From Thermoplasmatota archaeon (GTDB lineage: Archaea > Thermoplasmatota > JAKEGO01), in assembly GCA_028279595.1 (NCBI GenBank), contig JANQNK010000009.1, positions 1 through 52,775 on the forward strand: a stretch of 52,775 nt of DNA, given 5' to 3'. Position numbers and translations under genes: made by a program. The notes under the pieces were generated by a model. That model did no database searches, had not been told where the DNA came from, and worked only from the letters and a program-made list of their open reading frames with translations. Numbering within the stretch: the stretch's first letter is position 1; every line of letters starts with the position of its first letter. Below, piece after piece: positions 29,722 through 40,377 of the stretch.

Positions 29722-31197
29722 CTAGAGCGATTCCACTACCCGCTGCCCCTTCATCCAGGTTCCCTTCCTGAACCAGATCACGGAGACGATAGCGGAGAAC
29801 AGGTTTCCTGCAGCGATGCCGAGCCAGAGCCCGGTGGCGCCGAGTCCCAGCGGATACATCAGGAAATATGCGACAGGTGCCGCGACGAGGATCATCCTCG
29901 ATGCCATTATGACCATCGGCGGGAAGGCGGTCCCCGCTCCCTGGAATGCTCCGGAGATCACTATCGTCATGGAGACGAACACCGTAGCGGGAAGCACTAT
30001 GCGGAGGAATATCGCGCCCTCGTCGATGACCGTGCTGTCATTGGTGAAGACGGCTATCATCGAGTCTGGAGCGAGGTTCACGAGAGCGGCCACTATGATC
30101 ATGTAGATAGCGACCATCCGGATCCCGGTCTTGACTGTTTCCCTGACCCTGTCGAAATTGCCAGCGCCGACGTTCTGGCCCACGATCGTGATTATTGCCA
30201 TATTGAACCCGAAAGCAGGGAACATGGCGATCGAATTGATACGGAAACCTAGGCCGAGCGCGGCGACGCTCTCATCCGAGATCCCCGCGGCGAGGCCGGC
30301 CCAGATGAAGACACCGATGGATATCATCAGGTGCATCACCGTCGACGGGAATCCGACGTTCAGGATCTCCCTGATCGCCTTCTTCCTGGCCCTCAGCCTC
30401 CTGAAGCGGATCTTCACCGTGGTCTTGTCGAGGACGATGTACAGGACGACAATGAGCATCACGGTCATCTGCGAGAGCACAGTTGCGAGGGCCGCACCGG
30501 CGACCTCCAGCCGCGGCGCGCCGAACCATCCGAAGATCAGGATCGGGTCCAGGATGATGTTCATCACGGTCCCGATGATCAGAGCGTACATCGGGACGAG
30601 CATGTTCCCCTCTGCGCGGATTATACCGCTGCAGGCGAGGTTGACGAAGACGAAACCGGTGCCGAGGATGATTATCGAAACATAATCCCACGTCATCGAT
30701 TTGACCTCTGAGGATGCGCCCATTCCGAGGACGACCCCTTCGAGTGTCGCGTAGGCGATGGCCATCATCACCACGGTCATGAGCAGTGCCAGGGTGATCC
30801 CGTGGGAGGCCAGCTGACCGGCGCTCTTGACCTTCCCGGCACCAAGAAGACGCGCGACTCCCGAGGTTATCCCGATCGATATGCCGATCCCGATGGACCA
30901 TATCAGGAAGATGAACGGGAACCCGAGCGTGATGGCGGCGATGGCGTCAGGACCGAGCCTTCCGACCCAGTACGCGTCGACGAGGTTGTACAGGATCTGG
31001 AAGACGTTGCTTACGATGACAGGGATCGAAAGGAGGAGTATGGTCCTGGATATCTTGCCGCCGAGGATCTCCTCGGAGTAGTCCTGCCCTCCCCTCATGA
31101 TGTCCCTGAAACGAAGCCGTTCCGTCGACGGACCCTTCGGTGTGGTCTTGGTCTTCCCTGGACCGCCAGTCCGAGCCGTCTTACTGGGCTCGCTCAT
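29722..31197 (-). CDS. MATE family efflux transporter
   Basis: YNLVDAYWVGRLG, NIILDPILIFG, GAALAT, GQNVGAG; about 12 TM. Confidence 0.94.
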   Translation of the reverse strand: MSEPSKTARTGGPGKTKTTPKGPSTERLRFRDIMRGGQDYSEEILGGKISRTILLLSIPVIVSNVFQILYNLVDAYWVGRLGPDAIAAITLGFPFIFLIWSIGIGISIGITSGVARLLGAGKVKSAGQLASHGITLALLMTVVMMAIAYATLEGVVLGMGASSEVKSMTWDYVSIIILGTGFVFVNLACSGIIRAEGNMLVPMYALIIGTVMNIILDPILIFGWFGAPRLEVAGAALATVLSQMTVMLIVVLYIVLDKTTVKIRFRRLRARKKAIREILNVGFPSTVMHLMISIGVFIWAGLAAGISDESVAALGLGFRINSIAMFPAFGFNMAIITIVGQNVGAGNFDRVRETVKTGIRMVAIYMIIVAALVNLAPDSMIAVFTNDSTVIDEGAIFLRIVLPATVFVSMTIVISGAFQGAGTAFPPMVIMASRMILVAAPVAYFLMYPLGLGATGLWLGIAAGNLFSAIVSVIWFRKGTWMKGQRVVESL

Positions 31198-31289
31198 CGT
31201 TTCCCGTTACCGGACGGTGGTAGTTAACACTTTGCCGGGAACTGGTTATTCACCGAAAAAGGCTTATTCAATAAACATCATAATAATTC

Positions 31290-32837
31290 GTGAAATTCAC
31301 TCTCGACGATTATTATCCATGGCGTGGAAAAATCGGTAAAAAGAAACCTTGGGATAGAAGTTTCGTAAATTCTGAATTCCTAACTCATGAAAGTATTAGA
31401 ATCAATAAGATGACCGATTGGAATAATCAATTCATTGATGCTTCACATGGCCATGCATTGGATGAAGTCGAATGTTATGCAATTCCTATTAAGCATTCAC
31501 CATCATGGATTGAGAGTATAGATTCACAAACCAACAGTAACACCATAGGATTATCCGCACTAATGCATTCGACACCCATTCTGATACCAGCAATCTTTCC
31601 TAAAGATGATAGTCTAAGACCCTACACGTTGATACGGATAAATCAATCACGAAAGATTGGAATTCATAATCGTAAATTGAAACAATCAGAATATTACGTT
31701 CAAATCGAGGAATGGACTGAGCTACCTCAAGATTCCCTCTATTTAGATGTGCCAAAACGAGATATCACAATCAGCGATTTCTTAGCAGAATCAGTTCTTG
31801 GTGACGAGTTTTTATCGAGAGCGATACAAGCAACAATGATAAGTTCGCCGTCATACGAAAATGTGGTTGGAGGTGTTTCAATTGCTTCCTTGTCATCAAG
31901 TTCTGGATTCGCTGAAGAACTAGAAAAAACGTTTACTTTAATGGTTCCACCAGAATATCGATCGAGTTCGCCACCGAAATTTACCTATAACGGAAAATTT
32001 GTCCATTATTCACGAGGAATCCAATTTCATGTTGCTGATCGCCCACAACAAACTTCGAATTTGTACGATACAATAAGAACCCCAACTATGAGAGGCATTA
32101 TCCGCGAACTAGATTCACATTATCGTCATGATGGAGAATACTCTCTATTCTCAGCAATTTTACCAAAAGAATCAGCGCGCAGTAGAGAAATTAAGGAGAT
32201 ATTTAACAACTTTGGGAGAACAGAGTTTACGATTCCGCAGAATTTGGATGAATTAATTGAATCGGATATTGAAATCGACAAAGCGAGAAAACTCATAGAT
32301 GAGTCACTATGGATCCACATCGCTCATTCTCGAGAATTGACACCTCGAGTTAACATGAAGAATCCCATATTTCAATCAAGAATTGAATATCTTGAGAAAT
32401 CATTTGATGTAATGCTCTCCGATATTATCCCTAATGAGACAGATCGGAATTATTACTTAGCTCAAATGATCACCCAGATTCCAGTTCCATTTCGAAAGAT
32501 GGCCCAGTCGTTTGCAAGAGTTAAGTTTGAAGATGATGTCATCGAAGAGGACTTGATTCTAGCATCAAAATCAATCATTCGGTGTTTCGATGAGACTTGT
32601 CAAGCACAAGTTGGTAAAGTTGAACCCAGGAAGATTAAAAACAAGATCTCTTTAAGGTATAAATTGATTGAAACATTATTGCTCCAATATGGACCAACAT
32701 CTCCAGATGTGCTGTGGGATCGGCTGGAGTCTACTGAATTTTTCCGAGATATGAAGGATTTAATGGATTTATTGAAGTGGGCTAGACGAAAGGACAAGCT
32801 ATTCATTGACAATCAAGGTAGATACGGACTACCATGA
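31290..32837 (+). CDS. AT-rich orphan protein; probable highly degenerate MCM-like AAA+ protein
   Basis: 515-aa open frame, much more AT-rich than neighbours. MCM-like segments LAESVLGDEFLSRAI, LWIHIAHSRELTP, FRKMAQSFARVKFEDDVIEEDL and a C-terminal winged-helix-like segment. Start uncertain (GTG 31290 or ATG 31410). Confidence 0.75.
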   Translation: MKFTLDDYYPWRGKIGKKKPWDRSFVNSEFLTHESIRINKMTDWNNQFIDASHGHALDEVECYAIPIKHSPSWIESIDSQTNSNTIGLSALMHSTPILIPAIFPKDDSLRPYTLIRINQSRKIGIHNRKLKQSEYYVQIEEWTELPQDSLYLDVPKRDITISDFLAESVLGDEFLSRAIQATMISSPSYENVVGGVSIASLSSSSGFAEELEKTFTLMVPPEYRSSSPPKFTYNGKFVHYSRGIQFHVADRPQQTSNLYDTIRTPTMRGIIRELDSHYRHDGEYSLFSAILPKESARSREIKEIFNNFGRTEFTIPQNLDELIESDIEIDKARKLIDESLWIHIAHSRELTPRVNMKNPIFQSRIEYLEKSFDVMLSDIIPNETDRNYYLAQMITQIPVPFRKMAQSFARVKFEDDVIEEDLILASKSIIRCFDETCQAQVGKVEPRKIKNKISLRYKLIETLLLQYGPTSPDVLWDRLESTEFFRDMKDLMDLLKWARRKDKLFIDNQGRYGLP

Positions 32838-33935
32838 TCAGTTCAATATGCCCATCTCGGTGAGCCTCTCCGGAAGATAGGTGTCCGTGACGTAGTCGAG
32901 CCCGTACTTGGCGAGGGCCTGCTGCTCGGACTTCTTGTCCATGTCCAGCTGGAGCTTGATCTCGCCCTGCCAGTACTCGTCACCGAACCGCGGGTCCGTC
33001 AATTCCGACTTCAGCGCATGGACGTCCTGGTCCGTCAGTTTGTCCGTTGGGAGCTCGTAGTTGACGATGTCAGACGGTGTGATCCCGAGATAGCGGGCTG
33101 TAGGTGTGGCGAGGTATTCCGAGATGTGCGCTGTCTTGATGGCGCCGTACGCGACGGACGCGAATATCCTGAACGACCATGGGTCTCCATCGGTGAAGAC
33201 CACGACCGGCAGCTTCGTCTCCTCGTTCAGCCGTTTGATGAAGCGCCTCGTCGACCTCGCGGGCTGACCCTTGAGGTGGACCAGCACGGCGCGGGAGTCC
33301 TCGTCGAACCCGTTCTCCACCAGCCTGTCGAACATACCGCCTGTCTCAATGGCGACGACGAAGTCCGCGTCGACGTCCTTGAACGTCAACTTCTCCTTCT
33401 CGACGTTGTATGGAATGCCGTACCCCGAGTCACCGACATCGTCACGGCAGTTGAAGGTCTTCTTCTCGCCCTTCCTGTTGACCTCCTGGATGGTCACGTT
33501 GCCGATGACCCTGGCGCCGTCCTCCTCGGGCCTCAGCTTGAAGTCCTCTCGTAGCGATTTCGTGATTATCTCGAGGTCCTCGGCGAGCCTGTTCGACGTG
33601 TTCTGGTCCGGGAACTTCGCTATCTCCCAGCCCTCGGAGATGTAGTACATCTCCCTGAGGGTGGAGGATTTCTTGGTCTTGATCATCTCCCTGATGAAAT
33701 CGATGATGTACATCGTCCTGAGTAGCGTGTACGCCGAGCCGAGCTCCTTGGCGGAGCGGTGGGTCAGGTTCGACCCGTACTTCCACACGTGGAGGTCGTC
33801 GTCGAAGACGATGTTCTTCTTCGTCCGGACAGGGATGCTCATCTTGGGGATGTCGCCCTTGATGAAGTCGTTGTAGACCTCCTCGGCGATGGCCTCGAGT
33901 CCCTTCACGGCCTTCTTGTACCTGTCAGTAGCCAT
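32838..33935 (-). CDS. top6A: DNA topoisomerase VI subunit A
   Basis: STLREMYY (catalytic Tyr), IETGGMF, TDGDPW (TOPRIM), KSEQQAL. Confidence 0.97.
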   Translation of the reverse strand: MATDRYKKAVKGLEAIAEEVYNDFIKGDIPKMSIPVRTKKNIVFDDDLHVWKYGSNLTHRSAKELGSAYTLLRTMYIIDFIREMIKTKKSSTLREMYYISEGWEIAKFPDQNTSNRLAEDLEIITKSLREDFKLRPEEDGARVIGNVTIQEVNRKGEKKTFNCRDDVGDSGYGIPYNVEKEKLTFKDVDADFVVAIETGGMFDRLVENGFDEDSRAVLVHLKGQPARSTRRFIKRLNEETKLPVVVFTDGDPWSFRIFASVAYGAIKTAHISEYLATPTARYLGITPSDIVNYELPTDKLTDQDVHALKSELTDPRFGDEYWQGEIKLQLDMDKKSEQQALAKYGLDYVTDTYLPERLTEMGILN

Positions 33936-33946
33936 ATCTGATCACC

Positions 33947-35857
33947 TCACAGCGGCTCCGCGCCTATCACGTTCTCCGCCCTCATTCCCTCGAAGTAGAG
34001 GTCGGCCTCCTCGTAATCGCCCTTGTCGAGGCCCACCAGCTTGAATATCACGTGCCGTTTCTCGGTCGGCTTCATCTTCGAGACCTTCCATATCAGCAGA
34101 CCCTCCTCCCGTTTGAACGGTTTGGGGTCAGTATCGCCGATCTCGGCCTCCACTGGCACCTTGCAGTAGATGGTGATGTTGCGCTGTTTCGGGGTGTAGT
34201 TGGTGAACTCGATGTCGACGGTCGTGAACTTCTTGTCATCCACCTTCTCGTGCTCGACCTTGTCGTCGATCACCACGACGTTCATGATCTTGGTGACGAC
34301 CACCTCGATGGAGGGGACATCCTTGCCGATCACCGCGGCGCTCTTCTTCGCCAGCTCCGGAAGCACCTTCTGGATGAGCTCGTACTTCTCCGCTATCTTC
34401 TTGAGCTTCTCCTTCTTGTTTATGTGCGCCTTCATCTTCCTGGCGCACTCACGGAGCGCGAGCTGGATCTCCTGGTATATCTCCGGGACGTCGGCTATGG
34501 ACTCCTTGGATTCGGACGTGAACGGGACGTTCGTCGATCCAACGTGGATGATGACCATGGCGGGTCCGACCGGGATCCCCTGGCCGCCGCGCTGTTCCAG
34601 ACCGTAGGGACGCCAGTCTATCCCCTCGACGCCGTGGGTCGTGACGCAGCCTCCCTGCTGGTAGAGCAGTGGAACGCGGTTGGCATACCGGAGTATCTTG
34701 ACCTGGTTCTCCTGGACGATGTCGCCGCCGTAGACGATGCCGACCTCGACCTGGAACGGGTTGCCCGAGAAGACCGTCGGAGCCCTTGTGACGGTGTACG
34801 CGAACTTCGCGTCGATCTCCTTCTTCAGGCCCTTCCTCATGAGGAGGTCGCCGATCGGTGATAGACAGTCCGTCGGAGGGGCCATTATCTTCACCATGTT
34901 GAAGGCCTCGAGGATCCTGCTGGCCTGGACCCGGTTCATGTCCTGCGGCCTTAGAAGGCTATCGACATCGGCCTTCCTGCAGATCTCCTTCGCGGTCCGG
35001 TTGGTTATCCTCGAGAACTCGTTAACGAGGAATGCCGTGATCTTGTAGCTCTCCGAGGACCGCGCCATCTTCATGAGGGTCCCGAGCTCGATGCCGAGCG
35101 GATGCGGCTTGATGGCTACGGTCTTCTCCGGTGGTATCTCCGTGACCCTCGGGAAGACGTATTCCTCCCCGTGAGGATCTATGAAGGTGATGTGAGCGTG
35201 CGGATTGACGATCGCTGTGGCCTTGAGGTATTCGTAGACCGACTGGCGCCTCTCCTTCGCGTACCTTGCGACTATGTTGATCATGACCTTGGTCCCGTTC
35301 GGCTTGTCCCAGTGGACAGCCTCGGTGCGAAGGGCCTCGGGCCTGTTGCGCTTGGTGTCGATCAGAAGGTCGACCTCGTACGCCGGCATGTCCTCTCCGA
35401 TCTTGGAAATGACCCGTGTGGGATGACCGGTGGTGAGCTGGCCGTACATGACGACTGCCGAGATGCCGATGCCCTGCTGACCCCTGGACTGCCTTATGGC
35501 ATGGAAACGGGAACCGTACAGGAGGCGGCCGAAGATGTTGGGGATCTGGTTCTTGACGATCCCTGGCCCGTTGTCCTCGACCGAGAGGATGTACTCGTCC
35601 TTCTTGACCTTCTCGATCTGGACGGCGATGTCCGGAAGTACCTCCGACTCCTCGCAGGCGTCGAGGGCGTTGTCGACGGCCTCCTTGACCGCCGTGAGCA
35701 TGGCCCTGTGAAGGCTGTCGAAGCCCAGGATGTGCTTGTTACGCTCGAAGAATTCCGCGACGGATATCTCCTTCAGGTCCTCCGCGAGCCTGTGCGCGAT
35801 AGGCTCCTCTACGACTCCTGCAGGTATGCCGTTCTCGACAACTTCTTCCTGTGCCAA
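33947..35857 (-). CDS. top6B: DNA topoisomerase VI subunit B with C-terminal extension
   Basis: [41 protein letters not shown] start after GGAGG. Confidence 0.97.
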   Translation of the reverse strand: MAQEEVVENGIPAGVVEEPIAHRLAEDLKEISVAEFFERNKHILGFDSLHRAMLTAVKEAVDNALDACEESEVLPDIAVQIEKVKKDEYILSVEDNGPGIVKNQIPNIFGRLLYGSRFHAIRQSRGQQGIGISAVVMYGQLTTGHPTRVISKIGEDMPAYEVDLLIDTKRNRPEALRTEAVHWDKPNGTKVMINIVARYAKERRQSVYEYLKATAIVNPHAHITFIDPHGEEYVFPRVTEIPPEKTVAIKPHPLGIELGTLMKMARSSESYKITAFLVNEFSRITNRTAKEICRKADVDSLLRPQDMNRVQASRILEAFNMVKIMAPPTDCLSPIGDLLMRKGLKKEIDAKFAYTVTRAPTVFSGNPFQVEVGIVYGGDIVQENQVKILRYANRVPLLYQQGGCVTTHGVEGIDWRPYGLEQRGGQGIPVGPAMVIIHVGSTNVPFTSESKESIADVPEIYQEIQLALRECARKMKAHINKKEKLKKIAEKYELIQKVLPELAKKSAAVIGKDVPSIEVVVTKIMNVVVIDDKVEHEKVDDKKFTTVDIEFTNYTPKQRNITIYCKVPVEAEIGDTDPKPFKREEGLLIWKVSKMKPTEKRHVIFKLVGLDKGDYEEADLYFEGMRAENVIGAEPL

Positions 35858-36065
35858 ATGTCTACCCTCCGCTGGATTTATGCCGGTTGCATGTGCCCGT
35901 TGAGAGCATCCCGCAACTCCCGTTTCACGATGGTCCTGAAGGGTATAAAGTTATCGGTCAAAAGGGCCCCTCTGGCACCCCCTCTGGCCCCTTGGCCGGG
36001 GAGCGGGGTGAAAGTGACGTCGGAACCGTGGTCGAAAAAGGCCCGGATAGAAAGACGATCCCACC

Positions 36066-36689
36066 TCATATCTCGACGCCGAACTCGCCGACGAGGGGGA
36101 CGAAGATGCACCCCCCCAAATTCTCCTTCGAGAACCCCTTCCCGGTGACCCGGACGCGGATCAGGTCCTGATACCTCCGCCCGACGGGTATCAGCATCAT
36201 TCCGCCCTCCGCCAACTGCTCCTGGAGCGGTGGAGGGACCTTCGGGGCTCCGCATGCCACGAGTATCCTGTCGAAGGGCCCCTCCTCCCCCAATCCGATG
36301 GAACCGTCCCCGGTATGAACGGTCACGTTGCCTATCCCTGCGCTTTCCAGGGCGTTTTCGGCCATTTTGGCAAGCTCAGGGACCACCTCGACGGTATGTA
36401 CAGTCGCGGGATGGGCCAATTTGCCCAATATCGCGGCCTGATATCCCGATCCGGCCCCGATCTCGAGTACCGACATGCCTGGCTCGAGTTCGAGAGCCTC
36501 GGTCATTATCGCTACCATGTGAGGTGCCGAGATGGTCTGGCCAGAGCCTATGGGTTGAGGCGAATCGATATAGGGGTTGGAAGTACAGAATCTTCCGCGA
36601 TCGACGCTCATGAACGCATCGATGACACTTTCCGTTCTCAGAAGTCCTTTCCTAACGAGGCGGTCGACCATCTCGTCGTTACTGGCCAT
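36066..36689 (-). CDS. pcm: Protein-L-isoaspartate O-methyltransferase
   Basis: GQTISAPHMVA, LEIGAGSGY, GDGSIG, PFDRI, FVPLVG. Confidence 0.94.
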   Translation of the reverse strand: MASNDEMVDRLVRKGLLRTESVIDAFMSVDRGRFCTSNPYIDSPQPIGSGQTISAPHMVAIMTEALELEPGMSVLEIGAGSGYQAAILGKLAHPATVHTVEVVPELAKMAENALESAGIGNVTVHTGDGSIGLGEEGPFDRILVACGAPKVPPPLQEQLAEGGMMLIPVGRRYQDLIRVRVTGKGFSKENLGGCIFVPLVGEFGVEI

Positions 36690-37170
36690 CCGAACCACCG
36701 GAGTTCGCCCAGGCGGTCTGGCCCGGCCCCTCCTCGACCCCAATGGCTATGGATTCTATGTTATCGGCGGTGATCTCGGACATCACCCTCCGGAGTATGG
36801 AGACCGCGAGGTTCTCGGCGGTGATGGCGGGCACGTCCAGAACCACGACGTCCCTGGCTGGCAATACGTATCTCCTGCCGTCGTGCTCCATCCTTACCTC
36901 ATCGTCGACCACATCCACCGTCAGCACGCCGTCCCCCGGGACGAGGACATGGTGGTCCATCGAATCAGCGATCTCGCGAAGGACCCTCTTGACCACGGTG
37001 AAGTCGATGACCATGCCGGAGGCATCTGGCACACCCCGAACCCTGGCGCTGACTATGTAATTGTGACCGTGGACCCTCTCGCACTTGTCCACGTCCACGA
37101 GGAAATGGGCGGCCGAGAAGTGGATCCCCGCTCCGTGACCGTCGATCTCGACTGACATTGGGACCGTCAT
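36679..37170 (-). CDS. queD: 6-carboxy-5,6,7,8-tetrahydropterin synthase / PTPS family
   Basis: FSAAH, CERVHGHNY, DFTVVK, TAENLA. Confidence 0.88.
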   Translation of the reverse strand: MTVPMSVEIDGHGAGIHFSAAHFLVDVDKCERVHGHNYIVSARVRGVPDASGMVIDFTVVKRVLREIADSMDHHVLVPGDGVLTVDVVDDEVRMEHDGRRYVLPARDVVVLDVPAITAENLAVSILRRVMSEITADNIESIAIGVEEGPGQTAWANSGGSDGQ

Positions 37171-37315
37171 GACCGTGTATCCACAGCCCACGATTAAAGG
37201 TTTCCGAAAGAAATTGGAGCAAAGGGCTCTCGCGAGGCCTCGAGCAGAAACCTTGACCGCGATATCGCCGACCTGATACGTCGATGCGTGCGTTGGCCAG
37301 TCCCTTCCTGAGGAC

Positions 37316-38503
37316 TCAAACGTGAGCGACGATCTTTACAATGTCGCCGTCCTCGAGCTCGTGGTCGCCGCCCATGATGCGCTGGGTCCTCGCGTTTATG
37401 GCCCTGATGAAGTGCTCTCCGATCTCCGTATGCACCTTAAACGCGAGGTCCTTCGCCGTGGACCCCCTCGGCATGAGGAAGGCGTCCGGAAGGACGTTCC
37501 CGTCCTTGTCGGTGTACTTGTGCTCGTCCTCGACCGGGTAGACGACGATGCGGTCCAGGAACTCGAACACGACCTGTTCGATGACGTTCTGGACCCCAGT
37601 TGTGCCGCCCTCCTTCAGGAACGCCGCGATCCGTTCGAGGGCGTGAAGCTGGGCCGTGCTGAGTTCCTCCGTTTTCAGGATCTCGAACCCGTCCTCTCCG
37701 GGATTGTACGCTATCAATCCTGCGTCGGTTGCCTTCCGTAGGGCCAGTTCGTATTCGCCGGAAGCGGGGATGACCGGGTCCTCCAGACCATTCAGCGCTT
37801 CGATGTTCTCGGCCGGTGCGATGTCGGCCTTGTTCGCGACTATCATGATGGGTTTGGATACCTTTCTGATGGACCGGGACAGTGTGAGCAGGTCCTCGTC
37901 CGACCACTTGGCCGTCTTCTCGTCGAGGTCGAGGTGTCTCAGCGCCGCGTGGACGTCGTACTCGTTGACCTTCAGGCCGGACAGCCGTTCGGCGAGGGCT
38001 TTTTCCACCTTCAGCCCCTCCAGGTCGACATGCCTGGTCATCTTGTTCCAGTCACGTTTTATGATATCCCGGATCCAGAGGGCGATCTCGTCACGCAGGA
38101 ACTGGACCTCGTCCATCGGATCGTTGTCGCCGACATTGCCGGGATTGCCCTCGAGGTCCGTCGCACCGCTCGCGTCGACTATATGGATCAGAGCGTCGGC
38201 CGCGCTCAGGTCATCGAGGAACTTGTTGCCGAGACCCTTCCCCTGATGTGCGTCCGGGACCAGCCCGGCGACGTCGATGAGCTCAACGGGGATGTATCTG
38301 ATGCCGTCGACGCACTTCGAGTGCTTCGGACTGCAGTCCCCTTCCATGCCCTTGCACGGACATTCGGCCCTGACGTAGGCCACGCCCCTGTTGGCCTCGA
38401 TGGTCGTGAAGGGATAGGACGCGATCTCGGCCTTGGCCAGTGTGCTCGCGGAGAAGAAGGTCGACTTTCCGACGTTAGGCTTGCCTACGACACCGATCTC
38501 CAT
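37316..38503 (-). CDS. ychF: Obg-family translation-associated GTPase (archaeal YchF/Ygr210-like) with TGS domain
   Basis: GKPNVGKST, YPFTT, DVAG, NKAD, Cys-rich insert, C-terminal TGS. Confidence 0.92.
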   Translation of the reverse strand: MEIGVVGKPNVGKSTFFSASTLAKAEIASYPFTTIEANRGVAYVRAECPCKGMEGDCSPKHSKCVDGIRYIPVELIDVAGLVPDAHQGKGLGNKFLDDLSAADALIHIVDASGATDLEGNPGNVGDNDPMDEVQFLRDEIALWIRDIIKRDWNKMTRHVDLEGLKVEKALAERLSGLKVNEYDVHAALRHLDLDEKTAKWSDEDLLTLSRSIRKVSKPIMIVANKADIAPAENIEALNGLEDPVIPASGEYELALRKATDAGLIAYNPGEDGFEILKTEELSTAQLHALERIAAFLKEGGTTGVQNVIEQVVFEFLDRIVVYPVEDEHKYTDKDGNVLPDAFLMPRGSTAKDLAFKVHTEIGEHFIRAINARTQRIMGGDHELEDGDIVKIVAHV

Positions 38504-38534
38504 GTGACCGAATCCAGGTCGTGGTATAAAACCC

Positions 38535-39431
38535 TCACTGGAGCATCTCGCTGACTGCCTCCATTCCGACCTCGAACTTGCCGAGGCGCTCCTCGATCTC
38601 GGCCTTCGGCGGGTCAGTGAACTTGAGGCCTCCGGGTGCGACGATCTCTCCGGTGACGACGGAATCCCTTGCCATCGTAACTGACGCAGCCCTCAGGGAG
38701 CCTCCGACGCGAACGTCGGGACCTATAATGAGTCGTCCCTGCGCCTCGACGTCCCCATGGACCAGGACACCCTCTGCGAGGGTCGTGTCGCCGCCCGAGG
38801 CGATCGGACCCTGGACCTCAGCGGCCAGTCCGACCCGGACCCAGTCGCCTGCTGCGATGGATGGGACATGGGACCTGTCCCCGACCCTTACACCGCCCTT
38901 TGTCCTGAGCTCGTCGCCTATCCTGCTCCCTGACGGCAGGAAGGCGTAGCCCTCGTTGACCTGGATCTCCTGCATCTCCTCGAGCTCCTCGAGTATCCTC
39001 TCCACCTCGTCGCTGCGGCCCTGTCTGAGGAGCTCCATCAGGACGATGAAGAATTGGATGACCAGAGGGACCGGCGAACGGACGTTGATCCATCCCTTGA
39101 CGTCGAAACCGCCGTCGATCTCGACCTCCGAGGCTACGTCGAGGTCCCTGGCCTTGACCTTCCCCGAGATATGGACCCGCTCGCCGGCAAAGACGCTCCC
39201 CTCGGAGGTCACATCCCCCTCCACCGAGGAGCTCCTGTCGATGACGATGTCGCCGACCGCTGACAGGCCGCCCTTCATCGAGACCCCCTGTCCCGCGAAT
39301 ATACGTCCCTCTGTGGAGACGTCCATCGACATCGACGAGTGATCGCTTATGACCACGTCGCCCGTGAACTCCGCCTTGCCCTCAGCAAGCCTGCTGGCCG
39401 GCGGAATGATAAGGTCCTTCCTCTCGGACAT
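38535..39431 (-). CDS. Bactofilin-like beta-helix protein (COG4801-like)
   Basis: Repeated GxxVxGxh..xGxhxh units in two blocks separated by a helical insert. Alternative start 39437. Confidence 0.75.
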   Translation of the reverse strand: MSERKDLIIPPASRLAEGKAEFTGDVVISDHSSMSMDVSTEGRIFAGQGVSMKGGLSAVGDIVIDRSSSVEGDVTSEGSVFAGERVHISGKVKARDLDVASEVEIDGGFDVKGWINVRSPVPLVIQFFIVLMELLRQGRSDEVERILEELEEMQEIQVNEGYAFLPSGSRIGDELRTKGGVRVGDRSHVPSIAAGDWVRVGLAAEVQGPIASGGDTTLAEGVLVHGDVEAQGRLIIGPDVRVGGSLRAASVTMARDSVVTGEIVAPGGLKFTDPPKAEIEERLGKFEVGMEAVSEMLQ

Positions 39432-39554
39432 GCGCATCCATCCCGTTCCCTGTAATGGGCTCAGGATATAAGACCCTATCGCCAGGAAACGGCACTTCTT
39501 TTAAATACCGAGGGTGGAAAATGCCAAAGTTGGGTATGCCGAGGACCACGGGGC

Positions 39555-40277
39555 ATGCGAACTTACCCTCGGGCCAACCTATTAATGCGGAGGGCCGGAT
39601 TCCACGACATGGATGTCGCCGCGTCCGTGAAGTACTACGACCATGCCATGGAGATCCTGGGCTCCTGCTTCGGCTGGAGGTCGGACCTGATGGACGGATA
39701 CGAGGTGCTCCTCGACAGCGGCAACAGCGAGGCGCTCGAGGTACTGGCAGAGCGTATCGAGGCCGTGCATCAGGTACAGCGCAGGGCCTTCGACATGCTC
39801 CAGGTCATGAGCCGCCACTTCCTGCAGGTACTCGACGCGGAGAGCTGTCTCGGGCTATTCGAGGCTCTGAGCGAGACGCCGATCGACCTCGATGACGGCG
39901 AAGCCGTCCTTGCCGTCATCAGGGAACTGGCATCTCGGGCGGAACTCACCTCGGAAGGGTCCCGCAAGTGGCTGGACGACGGCCTTGCGGAGTTGACGGA
40001 CCCGACGGAGGACGACCTCCGTTCCCTCGTCACCGGGGCAGTCATGCTGATAATCAGCGAGAACTTCCACGAGGTCGTAGACAGGCACCAGGTGCTGTCC
40101 GACAGGATGATAGAGCTCGTACACAGGGCCAGGGACCAGTTCCCGGACCTGCCGGTGGTCCCGTCGGATTACATACCGGTACTAAATCCCGGAGAGACCG
40201 CGAGATCCGCCGAGCGGACCCTGAAGGAGTACACCGAGACCTACCTGGACCCGGACATGAGCAAGGCCTACCGCTGA
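39555..40277 (+). CDS. Hypothetical all-alpha protein
   Basis: Host-like codon usage, divergent from the previous gene. Start uncertain; no motif recognised. Confidence 0.65.
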   Translation: MRTYPRANLLMRRAGFHDMDVAASVKYYDHAMEILGSCFGWRSDLMDGYEVLLDSGNSEALEVLAERIEAVHQVQRRAFDMLQVMSRHFLQVLDAESCLGLFEALSETPIDLDDGEAVLAVIRELASRAELTSEGSRKWLDDGLAELTDPTEDDLRSLVTGAVMLIISENFHEVVDRHQVLSDRMIELVHRARDQFPDLPVVPSDYIPVLNPGETARSAERTLKEYTETYLDPDMSKAYR

Positions 40278-40377
40278 GGACTGGCCACCCTGGTGGAGCC
40301 TAAAATGGGAGGAAAACGCTACTAATAGATTTATATTGTATCAACATTACAGGGCAGTGAACACGCAGGGTGATGCA

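Noticed and set aside
35964-36010. CCCCTCTGGC tandem repeat / possible G-quadruplex upstream of the top6B promoter
   Set aside because: Only three long G-runs on one strand and two exact copies; too weak in a GC-rich genome.
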